The position numbers and the translations under genes are program-made. Positions 52,135-64,000 of a stretch of 64,000 nt of DNA are shown piece after piece; within the stretch, counting starts at the first letter, position 1, and every line of letters begins with the position of its first letter. Source of the DNA: Octopus vulgaris (Eukaryota); NCBI GenBank assembly GCA_951406725.2, contig OX597835.1, forward strand, positions 42,036,001 through 42,100,000, written 5' to 3'. Below the pieces are notes generated by a model. That model had not been told where the DNA came from, searched no databases, and was given only the letters and a program-made list of their open reading frames with translations.

Positions 52135-53535
52135 CACACACTGGATTCTCTCGTCGTGAATAACAAATGAGTGTTCAGTAAAATAAAGCATTAATCATGT
52201 TCTATGGACACGAACGTGTCTCTTGAGGACTCAGTTTTTATGAGTGCTTCTGGACCATTTGCTCTGTGTTTCCTTGAGTGGGTGGCACGGCCTGCTTTGC
52301 TTCGTGCCACAAAACCTCAATGACAGGTGAAGCTTTCATTTAGAGGTGCAGCGTTTTGCCTGTGTGCCTTCGTGCTTGTACGAAGATGGCCCCGAGGTTG
52401 GAGTCGACTTTGCTCAAATCTTTGACCTGAGGAGAAGCAGGACTAACACAAGCTCCTGCTGCACATACACACGCATGACGGGCTTCAAGACAGTTCCTTC
52501 TCTAGCAAATTCAGTCACAAAAAAAGTTAGCTTGGGGCTACATTAGAAGACGCTCGCCCAAGGGTTACCGTGCAGTGGGACTAAACCCGAAGCGAGTTTC
52601 TAAACGATACAGGCATGTCTGCATCTGCCTCGTTAATAAAGTTTAATGAAATCATTACGTAGCGATTTAAAGAAACACGAGATATTGCTCATAGCATGTT
52701 TGCAATAATATTTAAGCTGGACGATGACTGTTCGTGGTTGCGTGACTCCATACCGTTTGACTAATACTAGTTATAAAGTCTAGTTTGGTGATCGCATCTT
52801 GTTGCCAGCGTTACAACAGCTTGTCCGGGATAGAAAAAAAAAACCGTATTTTGTCTCGCATCCGTTTATTGTCCCGGAAACTGAAAGGGAGAAGGAGAAA
52901 GTATAAACAGCTCCTAATTAGGAGCAACGAGATCAGTGATCAGAAACAATGATATTTAATTGATAGATTGAATAATACTTTGTAGCAATGAATGACTAAA
53001 CGCTTGCAGCAGTCAGTGGCATTGATGAATAAATATATTTAGCTAGGGAAGAGGTTGGGCAGACGTCAGAATGAGATGAGACGAGATGAGATGAGATGCA
53101 TTTGGCGAGGGCCCAGAGCTTGTTGTAAATGTTAGCTTCTTTGGATTCGTTTCAAGCAGTTGCATCATTAGTATGACAAAAAAACAACAACAGTATTTAA
53201 GGATGATAAAAGAGACTCTAATTTCTGTGTGCATGAGGTGGTGGTGTAAAGTATCTCCCCATTATGCCCCCCACTCCCGACTTCGTCATATAATTGTTTT
53301 CACAGCTCATCGCTATAGATATATATATATATATATATGTACGTATGTGTGTATAATATGTAGATGATGCATAGAGTTAGAATAGAAAACAGGGAAGGGT
53401 TCTTACAAAGCGAGGAATAATAGGTTGGGTCGGTTTTTGTGTGAGAGGAATAAATAAATGATTACATACGTACATACATATTGCATAAGTATGTATGTAT
53501 GTATGAGAAGTATGTGTGTATGTTATGTGTATGTA

Positions 53536-53566
<31 letters not shown>

Positions 53567-53680
53567 GCGTGTGTGTGTGTATATCTATATGTATATGTGT
53601 GTTTATATAAGTATATGTTGTAAGTATATGTATATATATATGCGTGTGTGTATACGTGTATATCTATATGTATATTTGTG

Positions 53681-53723
<43 letters not shown>

Positions 53724-54353
53724 ATATATATATACGTGTGTATGTATATGTGTGTATAAATATATGTATATATTTGTATACGTCTGTGTATATATATATA
53801 TATATCATAGCAGGGGTCCCCAAACACCGAGCTGCAAATCATTTGGTATCGGGCTTGACAGGAAAAATATATTTTAAAATTATATTTCAATTTTATTGAC
53901 CTGTCGCTGTCTACAGAGTGTTTTTGTAATATTTATCTCTTATTATGTAATATACTAAGGTTGCGTATTGGCAGAGTCGTTAGAAAGCTAGGTAAAGTGT
54001 TGTAGCGGCATTTCGGCCGCCTCTAGGTTCTGAGTTCAAATTCCGCCTAGGCCGCCTTTCGGGGTCGATAAGGTAAGTACCAGTTAAGCACTGGGGGTTG
54101 ATGTAACCGATCAACTCCCTTCCCCGAAAATGCTGGACTTGCTCTGAAATTTGAAACCAAGGCGGCGAGCAGAACGCTTAACGGCATTTCGTCCGACTCG
54201 GTTCGGATTCCATCGAGTTCGACTTTGCTTTTCGTCCTTTCAGGGTCGATAAAATAAGTACCAGTTGAACACTAGGGTCGACTAACCCCTTCCCATGAAA
54301 TTGCTGGCCTTGTTCTGAGATTTGAAACCAGTATGTAATATATGTATGTAAAA

Positions 54354-54590
54354 GGCGGTGAGCTGGCAGAAACGTTAGCACGCCGGGCGAAATGCTTAGC
54401 AGTATTTCGTCTGCCGCTACGTTCTGAGTTCAAGTTCCGCCGAGGTCGACTTTTGCCTTTCATCCTTTCGGGGTCGATTAAATAAGTACCAGTTACGCAC
54501 TGGGGTCGATATAATCGATTTAATCCGTTTGTCTGTCCTTGTTTGTCCTCTCTGTGTTTAGCCCCTTGTGGGTAGTAAAGAAATAGGTAT
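54354..54590 (+). mobile_element. SINE family B, full length, in a cluster (53965-54590)
   Basis: Consensus match; GTATGTAATATA occurs near both ends. Confidence 0.9.
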
Positions 54591-55115
54591 GTAATATACA
54601 GGGTGTCTATAAATTATCTTTGCAATTTGAAACATTCAGATAATAAAAATAGAAAAACAAGAGCACCCAGAGAGCGCGAACCTCCGCCGAGGCAACACCA
54701 ACGTCTTCTCAACGATTAACCGGAGAGGATTTTTAAAATGAGAATATATGAAATAAACTCGACTGCTCTTACAAACAAGAATACTGAAAATGAACTCGAC
54801 CGCTCTCAAAAATGAAGTTTAAAAAAACCCGGAAAAATAACCCAGAATCCTTATCTGGTACCTGATTGATCCCAATAGTTTATCTTTATCTAATACAAGC
54901 CAAAGTTAACAAACTCATCATTCAATATAGTTTCAGAGGCGGAGGTAATAATAAGTTCTACTCAGGAATATTTAAATGAATAGCATGAGACCTTTTGGTT
55001 TTTTTTTCTTCTCTTAAACTCCGGCCTTCTTTAGTATTCCTGTTGTTTTACATCGATGTATAGAGGTATGTATATATGTAAGTATACTGCTAATATGTAT
55101 GTATAATATACAATA

Positions 55116-55411
55116 TCTTTATATATAAAAGTGAAGTTGTGTGTCTGTCTCCTACGATTTAGATTCCTAACTACTCCCACATTTTGCGGTGCAGTTTAAC
55201 CAAATTCGGGTATCTTATAGTCGTGATCCATATCGAGCCCTTCTGGGTATTAGCGCGCGTCTACGATGAGTCTACGATTTAAAAAAAAATTACCATCATT
55301 TTTTCCCATTTTTAATGCATTTTTGCTATTATATAAGGGAAGTAACTCTCTAAAAATGCTTATATAGTTATTTCCCTTACAAACCCGAGCAACGCCGGGC
55401 GATACTGCTAG
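55116..55411 (+). mobile_element. Non-autonomous Helitron
   Basis: A|TCTTTATATATAAAA start, 3' hairpin CCCGAGCAACGCCGGG and terminal CTAG|T, with no TSD. Confidence 0.85.
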
Positions 55412-56051
55412 TATATTATAAAAATATGTGTTATTTAATTTCTGAAAAGTTTTGCTGCCGTATATTTATGTAGTTTGATTTCTTTACTCATCAGTTTCTG
55501 CTAAGATAGAGACGCGAATAAAATTAGTAATAGAGAAACGAGAATAAAACTTTGGGAACGGCTAAAGGAAGATAATTGAGAAGGACTTGAAGGTCAATGT
55601 AAGATCGTAATCATGTAAAGTAAATATAACAAATAATCCAGAATCCTTGTCCGGTACCGGGTCGATCCCAAAATTTAATCCCTTCGTGCTAGTCACGAGG
55701 TCAAACATCCCTGAAAGTTTCATCCAAATCCATCCAGCAGTTCTTGAGATATCTTGTCCACGGACAAACAAACACGACTGAAAACAATACCTCTGCCTTA
55801 GCGAAGGCGGAAGTAATAAGGATAACTCGGCAAAGTTTACTGGAAAACATAGACAAACGAATTAAATTTTATTAGAAACATCAGAACACTTCCATGTGGG
55901 TTCTGTTGGTTCCACACAATAAATAGCTACAATAAATTGCGGAAGTTGTAAAGATAATTAATGGACATCTTGGATGTGTGCTATATAGGTAATAAGTAAA
56001 TCATATACACTTTGATACTCTTTTTTATTATTATTATGCATGTGTAGCCCG

Positions 56052-56495
56052 TCCGTGGATGGATGAGCGAACGAACGGGTGGATGGTTGAACGAACGGGT
56101 GGGTGGACGGACGGACAGATGGATGGACAAACGAAAGGGTGGATGGATGGACGGGCGGACAGACGGGTGGATGGACGAACGAACGGGTGGACGGACAGAT
56201 GGATGGACAAACGAATGGGTGGGTGGATGGACGAACAAACGGCTGGACGTGCGAGTGGATGGGTGGATGGACGAATGAACGGGTGGGTGGACGGACGGAC
56301 AGGTGAATGGACGAACGAACAGGTGGATGGACGAACGAACAGGTGTATAGACGGGTGGACATACGGGTAAATGGATGTACGGGTGGATGGACGAACAAGC
56401 GGGTGGATGGATGGACGGACGAACGGTTAGATGGGTGGACAGACGCACAGGTAGATGTGCGGTGCATGGACGGACGAACAGGTGACGGATGAACA
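56052..56495. repeat. Degenerate (GGAT/GGAC/GAAC)n tetranucleotide tract
   Basis: Direct inspection. Confidence 0.9.
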
Positions 56496-59355
56496 AAGAA
56501 AAAAAAAAGAAAAAAAAATCGCGGCCGCTGAATTGTAAGTTATAGGCTTGGTCGAGTGATTAAAAATTCGCCTCACAATCACCAGGTCCCAGTTTCGAGC
56601 CTACTGTTTATTTAGAAGTACGTTTTTTTGAGAAACTTTGTTGCTTCTCAAAGTGAATCCACGGCGTTCATAAAAGACACGTTACAAGAACGGGATGTAA
56701 ACAGTTTTATGATGAAGTCCAAAAAGCAAATCACATTGTTATAATAGACTACACTTCCTCACCAAACAAACACGCTCTCTCTCTCTCTTACTCTCACTCA
56801 TACTCACACTCTCTCACGCATACACATGCTCTCTTTCTCACATACACACGCACTCATTCTCTCTCTCTCTCTCTCACACACACATGCTCATTTTCACACA
56901 CATTCTCTCTCACACATACACTCACACGCGTGCTTTTTCTCACACAAGTATACACACACGTACACATATGGTTTCTATTTTCCTCTCTTTTATGTATATA
57001 CACATGCTCTCACTTTGTTTATCACATGCATGATCCTTCTCTCTCTCTCTCTCTCACTCACACACACACACACTCGTATACTATAATCCATAGAAGCACT
57101 CCGTCGGTTACGACGACGAGGGTTCCGGTTGATCCAAATCAACGGAACAGCCTGCTCGTGAAATTAACGTGTAAGTGGCTGAGCACTCCACAGACACACG
57201 TGTACCCTTAACGTAGTTCTCGGGGATATTCAGCGTGACACAGAGAGTGACAAGGCCGGCCCCTTGAAATACAGGTACAACAGAAACAGGAAGTAAGTGT
57301 GAGAGAAAGTTGTGGTGAAAGAGTACAGCAGGGATCACCACCATCCCCTGCAGGAGCCTCGTGGAGCTTTTTAGGTGTTTTCGCTCAATAAACACTCGCA
57401 ACGCCCGGTCTGGGAATCGAAACCGCGATCCTATAATCCATACATATTGCATGTAAAGAGTTAACATAAAAATGAGGTCATCCCAGTCGAGAAGAGAATT
57501 GCATTGCAGATGCGACTCTGATATCGGGAGTCGATGTGTCCTATACTGAGAGGGCGATACTTCTAAACAGCAGCTCTTCATTGCAACACTGTTACCGCTC
57601 TAATATCCGGGTCCAAAGTGCAGATATTGAGCACAGAGACAGATCATATCTAGACTGTAAACTAGTGATAAAACCAGAGAGATAGAGAGAGAGAGATCTT
57701 GTCTACTGCTACAATATCTGACAAAGTCAGCTGTAAGATAATCAATGAATTTCGTTCCTGAACACTCGACATTTCTATTTTTATAACCACCCAAGTATCC
57801 TGCCGATGTTCTTTGTCCCTCAAAGAATCTTAAACCTAAATAACTACATCTATTTATCTTCTATCGCTTACATGTATCAGTCCTTGAACTGCGGTCATAC
57901 TGGAGCACTGCCTTCAAGGGTTTTTAGTCGAACAAATATATCCCAGTACTTTTTATAAAAAAAAAACATTGGTACTTACCCTAACGGTCTCTTTTGCCAA
58001 ACCGCTAAGCAACGTCCAGGTAAACAAACCATCACCGGTTGTCAAGCTGTTGTGGGGGAACAAACACACGCCCACGCGCGCACATTTATGACGGGCTTCA
58101 TTCACTTTCCGTCTACTAAATCCATTTGCCCCCAAACTACATGGTTCCGGTTTCAGTCCCACTGCATGACACTTTTGTCACCTATAGCTTCGGCCGATCA
58201 GTCAATACCTTGTGAGTGAATTCAGGAAACGGAAACTGTGTGGAAACCCGTCATGTGTGTGTGTGTCTGTGTTTGTTCCTCCCATTGCTTGAGAACTGGT
58301 GTCGGTTTGTTTGTGTCCCCTTAACATAGCGGTTCGGTAAATGGACCTGATAGAATACGTGCCATACTTAGCAAAAAAAAAAAAAAGGAGTGGCTGTGTG
58401 GTAAGTAGCTTGCTTACCAACCACATGGTTCCGGGTTCAGTCCCACTGCGTGGCACCTTAGGCAAGTGTCTTCTACTATAGCCTCGGGCCGACCAAAGCC
58501 TTGTGAGTGGATTTGGTAGACGGAAACTGAAAGAAGCCCATCGTATATATGTATATATATATATATGTATATGTGTATATGTTTGTGTGTCTGTGTTTGT
58601 CTCCCCAACATCGCTTGACAACCGATACTGGTGTGTTTACGTCCCCGTAACTTAGCGGTTCGGCAAAAGAGACCGATAGAATACGTACTGGGCTTACATA
58701 AGAATAAGTCCTGGGGTCGATTTGCTTGACTAAAAAGTGGTGCTCCAGCATGGATGGCCACAGTCAAATGACTGAAACAAGTAAAAGAGTAAGTACTGAG
58801 GTTAATTTGTTCGGCAAAATCCTTCATGATGGTGCTCCAACTTGGCCGCAATCACAAATATAAAAAAAAAGAAGACAAAAGATAAAGTCAACACTGTAAG
58901 AGATACAAAGATTGTATGATCAATGGCTGAGGAGCGACTTCATTGATATATTGGTCTGTACGATCAGGGCATCAGGATTGACCGGGGGCTAAACATCAAC
59001 GAAATCGATCTCCGCATGTGACAGATGGTTCTGTGTAGTTTTAATCACGACCATTTGTTGACATAGCAACCGCGGTTAATTGTCTTTGTATAGTACTGGA
59101 TGGGTGGCATGGTGATGATGATGATGATGATGATGATATTAATAATAATGGCTTCGAAATTTTCCACAAGTGCAGCAGTTTTTGGAGAAAGGATGAGTCA
59201 ATTACATCGACCCCAGTGCTCAAGTGGTACTTATTTTTACCGGCCTCGGAAAGATGAAAGGTAAAGACAACCTCGATCGAATTTGAACGTAGCGACGGGC
59301 GAAATATCGCCAAGCATTTCGCCTAGCACGCTAACGATTCTGCCACTTCGCCGGC

Positions 59356-59397
<42 letters not shown>

Positions 59398-60476
59398 GCA
59401 TGTGCCTGGTGTACCCTTATCAGACGGGTAGTCATGATGGGTATATTGGGCTTCGTATATTTTACCCCAGTGTCACTTTGATGGCATACACTGCTCTCTC
59501 ACTCAATAATAGTAATAATAATAATCCTTTCTACTGTAGGCACAAGGTCTGAAATTTGAGGGAGGGTCAAGTCGACTACATCGACTCCAGTACTCAACTG
59601 GTATTTATTTTATTGACCCTGGAAGGATGAAAGGCAAAGTCAACCTCGGCGGAACTTGAACCCAGAACGTAAAGCCGGACGAAATGCCTCTAAGCATTTT
59701 ACTCGGTGCGCTAACGATTCTGCCAGTTCGCCAACCTAATGATGTTGACGATGATGATGATGAAGAAGAAGAAAAAGCAATTCATCCAACAAAAGCCTTT
59801 CGAGGCGGTGTCCCAGCACGGCTGCAGTCCAGTGACTGAAAAAAATTGAAAGATCAAAGTTTTTCTTTATAATAACTCTGTTTCTGCAGTTATTAATAAC
59901 GTAATCCGAGAGTTGTTAGGGATCTTTTCGGTTTGAACGGCATTTTTTTCTAGCGGTGTCATATGAAATTGTCACCCATAATTATGACCCTAGTATCGAT
60001 CTATTACATTTCAATCTGTTTTAGGGTTAGGGGTGGGGTATCTTTTTTTCTTCAGAAATGTACATAAACCCAATCTGTTTCTTAAACGAGGGACATATTC
60101 ATACGGCACAGAATGTTTTTTTTACCTCAATAGATGTCATTGATTGGTTGAAATTGAAGAAAAACCACAACAAATATCTTACAAGCTATAGAATTTTCTC
60201 AATAAAGCCAAGAGAAAAAGATGTTTTATAAACACATTCTACCAGTATACGAAGTTTAAAATTTTTTAGTTACCTAGAAATTATGTTAAAAACTACCGTT
60301 CAAACCGAAAAGACCCGAAATTAGAAATATAACAATTTAAACTTGTTACCAATTCCTATATGTATAAGACATGAGTAACCCGTAACAAAGCCATCCTACT
60401 GCATTTCGTCATGGAGAAAATGTTTCGCTGCAGACAAAAAGGTGCCAACACACCAAGTCATACCGTCTGTTTCGTG

Positions 60477-60516
60477 GATGTATGCACTTCGGATTAGTTA
60501 TCTCCTCTTCAGCATC
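60477..60516 (-). ncRNA. Minimal hammerhead-like motif with one core substitution
   Basis: Minus strand GATG-CTGAAGA-GGA-GATAACTAA-TCC-GAAG-TGCA-TA-CATC (GAAG instead of GAAA). Confidence 0.5.
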
Positions 60517-60922
60517 TTCTCCTTGACAGCAATCAACGTTTTTCTTACGGGTTCGAATATCCCTCACGCATATTCGAACTGGTAGCAAGCTTATATTTGT
60601 GCATATCACCGTTTGTTTTTAATATAGACACAAAAGCCATCGGTTTTAAGAAGAAAGGGGCGACCAGTCGATTACAACGATTCTAATACTTGACTGTTAC
60701 TTTATTTCGTCGACCCCGAGAGGACTAAAGCGTTGTTGAATGCGGCGGTTTTGAACTCTTAAAATTAAATCAGAATAGTTTAGTAGTAAATAATAAGTGT
60801 CTATTGTCAGTTACGCAACCATTTTGCTCTATAATCTTCACGTGGAGTACGGTCGACAGTATCGGCCATGATGAAAGTGTACGCCAACATGACTGGACAT
60901 GATGCATGACATGCCGAATGAG

Positions 60923-61191
60923 TTGGTCCAGTTTTAAGCCATTTATGCAGATTTGTTTAAATTGGGCCCCGCGCCAAGACAGGGCCCCGCGCACACGATC
61001 GAGCGGGGGACTGCTATGATGAATTTTTAGTGTATCATTGTGGCTAATGATGGCGCCTCAAACCCTCAATGCTTTTTGATTGGACTGATGTACTATACGA
61101 AGCTTAAAACATTAATCTTCGGCTTTTGTAGAGTAGAGGGCCCCACTGACAATTCTCTAATTGGGCCCTGCACTTCTTAGCGCTGGCCCTG
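60923..61191. mobile_element. hAT-like MITE
   Basis: 8-bp TSD CGAATGAG at 60915 and 61192; right end CTGGCCCTG; subterminal GGGCCCC repeats. Confidence 0.65.
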
Positions 61192-61338
61192 CGAATGAGT
61201 ACGGCCAACACTGCCAGATACGATGACGGAGTATGGTCAACGTTGCTAGTCATAATGAGGGAGTACACCAACACTGCCGAGTATGATAACACTGCCAGAC
61301 TTGATGAAAGAGTATTCAACAAAGGGTATTCAACAAAA

Positions 61339-61573
61339 GGCGGCGAGCTGGCAGAAACGTTAGCACGCCGGGCGAAATGCGTAGCGGTATTTCGTCTGCC
61401 GCTACGTTCTGAGTTCAAATTCCGCCGAGGTCGACTTTGCCTTTCATCCTTTCGGGGTCGATAAATTAAGTACCAGTTACGCACTGGGGTCGATATAATC
61501 AACTTATTCCGTTTGCCGGTCCTTGTTTGTCCTCTCTGTGTTTAGCCCCTAGTGGGTAGTAAAGAAATAGGTA
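61339..61573 (+). mobile_element. SINE family B, full length
   Basis: Consensus match; GGTATTCAACA on both flanks. Confidence 0.9.
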
Positions 61574-61863
61574 TTCAACACCGCTGGACATTAAGGAGTA
61601 CTCCAACATTGCCAAACCCAGTGAAGGGGTGCACCAACATGGCTAGACATGATGAATAGGTACACGAGAGGAAAAAAGGTTTCAGAGCCCCTGGTCTGAA
61701 TAAAATGTACATTCTGGGGCATTGTGACGGTATTCGTACCTGACGGCAGTCATGAGTGTGTAACTGTTCAACTCTGTTGAGCAGATGAAAGACAATGTCA
61801 CACATTTATTCATTGCGTCATAGACTTTTACCGAAATATTGCCGATTTAAGCGCTATTTGCTG

Positions 61864-63550
61864 TCAAATCGAAGCTGATATACCTCGGTATATCACATCT
61901 TCATGATTTATTTTAGAGAAAGAATTATGTGTTATAACAAACAGACGACTGTCCTAACAAATTCGTACAAAACTACTCCCTCAATAGAAAAGATGTTTTC
62001 TTTAAATGGCTGCCGTATGAATAAAGCAAGGATATAAATTATGTGTACGTTTTGGATGTTATCTGCTTGTTTTTTCTTGATGTATTTTTAATGAAATAAT
62101 CGGATTTATGTACTTAAGAATAGACTGTAATATAAATTATAGATTACATAAAATATAGAAATAATTCCTCTTTTGAATGCCATAAACAGATGCAGTGAAA
62201 ACAGAAAGCAGAGCTTCTGTGTAATTACAGAAGTTTAAGCGGCTGTAAGAAAAGTGTGTGTGCGTGTATATATTTATATGGGGGGAGTGGCTGTCACCGT
62301 TCGATGTGGGTGTTGCGAGTATATATATGGCTTAGTCCATAAGATTACAAGCAGCTACAACAGCTGACGTAGCTGGAGTTAAGTTGTACACCTTCGTTTG
62401 CACAGACGAACGAAATATGACGACATTGTTTGGCAGTTTTGTTGTTGTTGTTGTTGTTAAAAACTAGATTATGTCTAACGGCTATGATCAGATTTGAGGT
62501 TTTAACTTGTTTTCAGTTTCTCTGTCACTGACCGTATTAATAAGAACGTAGCAAGTAGTGATGATAAATTTATTAAGCGCTCGCAGCCCTCAGCCAGTCG
62601 GACGCTGCGATAGGTGGAAAAGTCCACTTTATTAGCGTTTTATTGAGGATTAGTGGAAAGAAAGTGCGACAACGTTCTCGGGGAGACCTTGGGCGTCGAA
62701 AACGATCAGGCTAGCCGCTCTCTTCCGGAGAACTATCGGCCCCAAGTAGCAAACTTGCAGAATCAGTAGAGTGTTGGAGAAAATACTTTGTGGTATTTGT
62801 TCCGGCTCTTTACGTTCTGAGTTCAAATCCCACCCTGGGCCTACTTTGTCTTTCATCCTTCTGGAATCGGTATGTGGTTAAGAAGTTCGCCTTTTTAACT
62901 TCATAGTTTCCGGTTCTATCCCACTACACAGCACTCTGTTCCAATCAATTCGGCTCATCCTTTGGTGGTGTACTGATTTCAAAATTCAAGAAGGTTATGG
63001 GGATATTTTTATTTTGGGTGGTGGGGGAAAGCCATAGAGATATTCACGATTCATCCGTTATTTTGGCTCTCTAGGGTTAGGGGTGGGGGAAGGGTATCTT
63101 TTTTCTTCACAAATGTAAATAAACCCAATCTGTTTCTTAAACGAGGGACATTCATACGGCACAGAAAGTTTTTTTTTACCTCAATGGACGTCATTGATTG
63201 GTTGAAATTGCAGAAATTGAAGAAAAAATAACAAATATCTTACAAACTATAGAATTTTCTCAATAAAGCCAAGAGAAAAAGATGTTTTATAAACACATTC
63301 TACCAGTATACGAAGTTTAAAAGTGTTTAGTTACGTGGAAATTATTTTAAAAAACTGCCGTTCAAACCGAAAAGATCCTTCGCTCAGTGCTATTCAAATC
63401 GAAGCTGATATACCTCGGTATATCACATCTTCAATATGATTTATTTTAGTGAAAGAATTGTGTTGCAACAAACAGACGACTGTCCTAACAAATTCACACG
63501 AAACTACTCTCAAACGAAAAGTTGATCTCTGAAAATGGCTGACGTATGAA
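61864..63550 (+). repeat. Pair of ~158-bp direct repeats (61864-62021 and 63394-63550)
   Basis: TCAAATCGAAGCTGATATACCTCGGTATATCACATCTTCA is identical in both; homology continues to AAATGGCTG(C/A)CGTATGAA. Confidence 0.85.
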
Positions 63551-64000
63551 CATATTTCGTAGACTTTCTCAATTTTAACGGAGGACGAAGAACGTTCATC
63601 CTAGAGATACATGGCATGCAATTAAGAGATTACCACATTCCATCCATCTCGACGCAGAGTGGGGATTGCTGGTCAATGCCACCGCGCAGAACAGGCCATA
63701 TCAAATATTTTGGAGACTTTGTCCTGTTAATAGAGGCCCTGGATCTTTTCGGTTTGAACGGCAGTTTTTTTCTAACAGTGTCATATGAAATTGTCACCCA
63801 TAATTATGACCCTAGTATCGATCTATTGCATTTCAATTTGTCTTAGGGTTAGGGTTAAGAGTGGGGGGGGGAAGGGAATCTTTTTTTCTTCAGAAATGTA
63901 AATAAATCCAATCTATTTCTTAAACGAGGGACATATTCATACGGCACAGAATGTTTTCACCTCAATAGACGTCATTGATTGGTTGAAATTGCAGAAATTG

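Overview
Eukaryotic, very repeat-dense, AT-rich DNA. The 5S sequence, the SINE families and the extreme microsatellite load suggest an octopus or another coleoid cephalopod; this is an inference. No intact protein-coding gene is recognisable, and nearly all ORFs in the supplied track are microsatellite or SINE artefacts. The window is a mosaic of at least five tRNA-headed SINE families with swapped modules, 3' fragments of LINEs (CR1-like, Tx1/L1-like, RTE-like, CRE/RLE-like), several MITEs, a non-autonomous Helitron and Helentron-like elements. Three observations stand out. (1) A decayed Neptune/Penelope-like element (20451-22205) has two inverted ~380-bp pLTRs, each carrying a hammerhead ribozyme with a perfect core and a 104-nt insert in stem II. 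(2) About a dozen further hammerhead-like motifs from several families occur, with recurrent non-canonical cores (CCGANGA, CTGTNGA), mostly beside (TA)n tracts; one lies behind a tRNA-like Pol III head. (3) A full-length 5S rRNA copy is fused directly to the CR1 3' tail (candidate 5S-derived SINE), and the matching CR1 and Tx1-like partner tails are visible in the same window.
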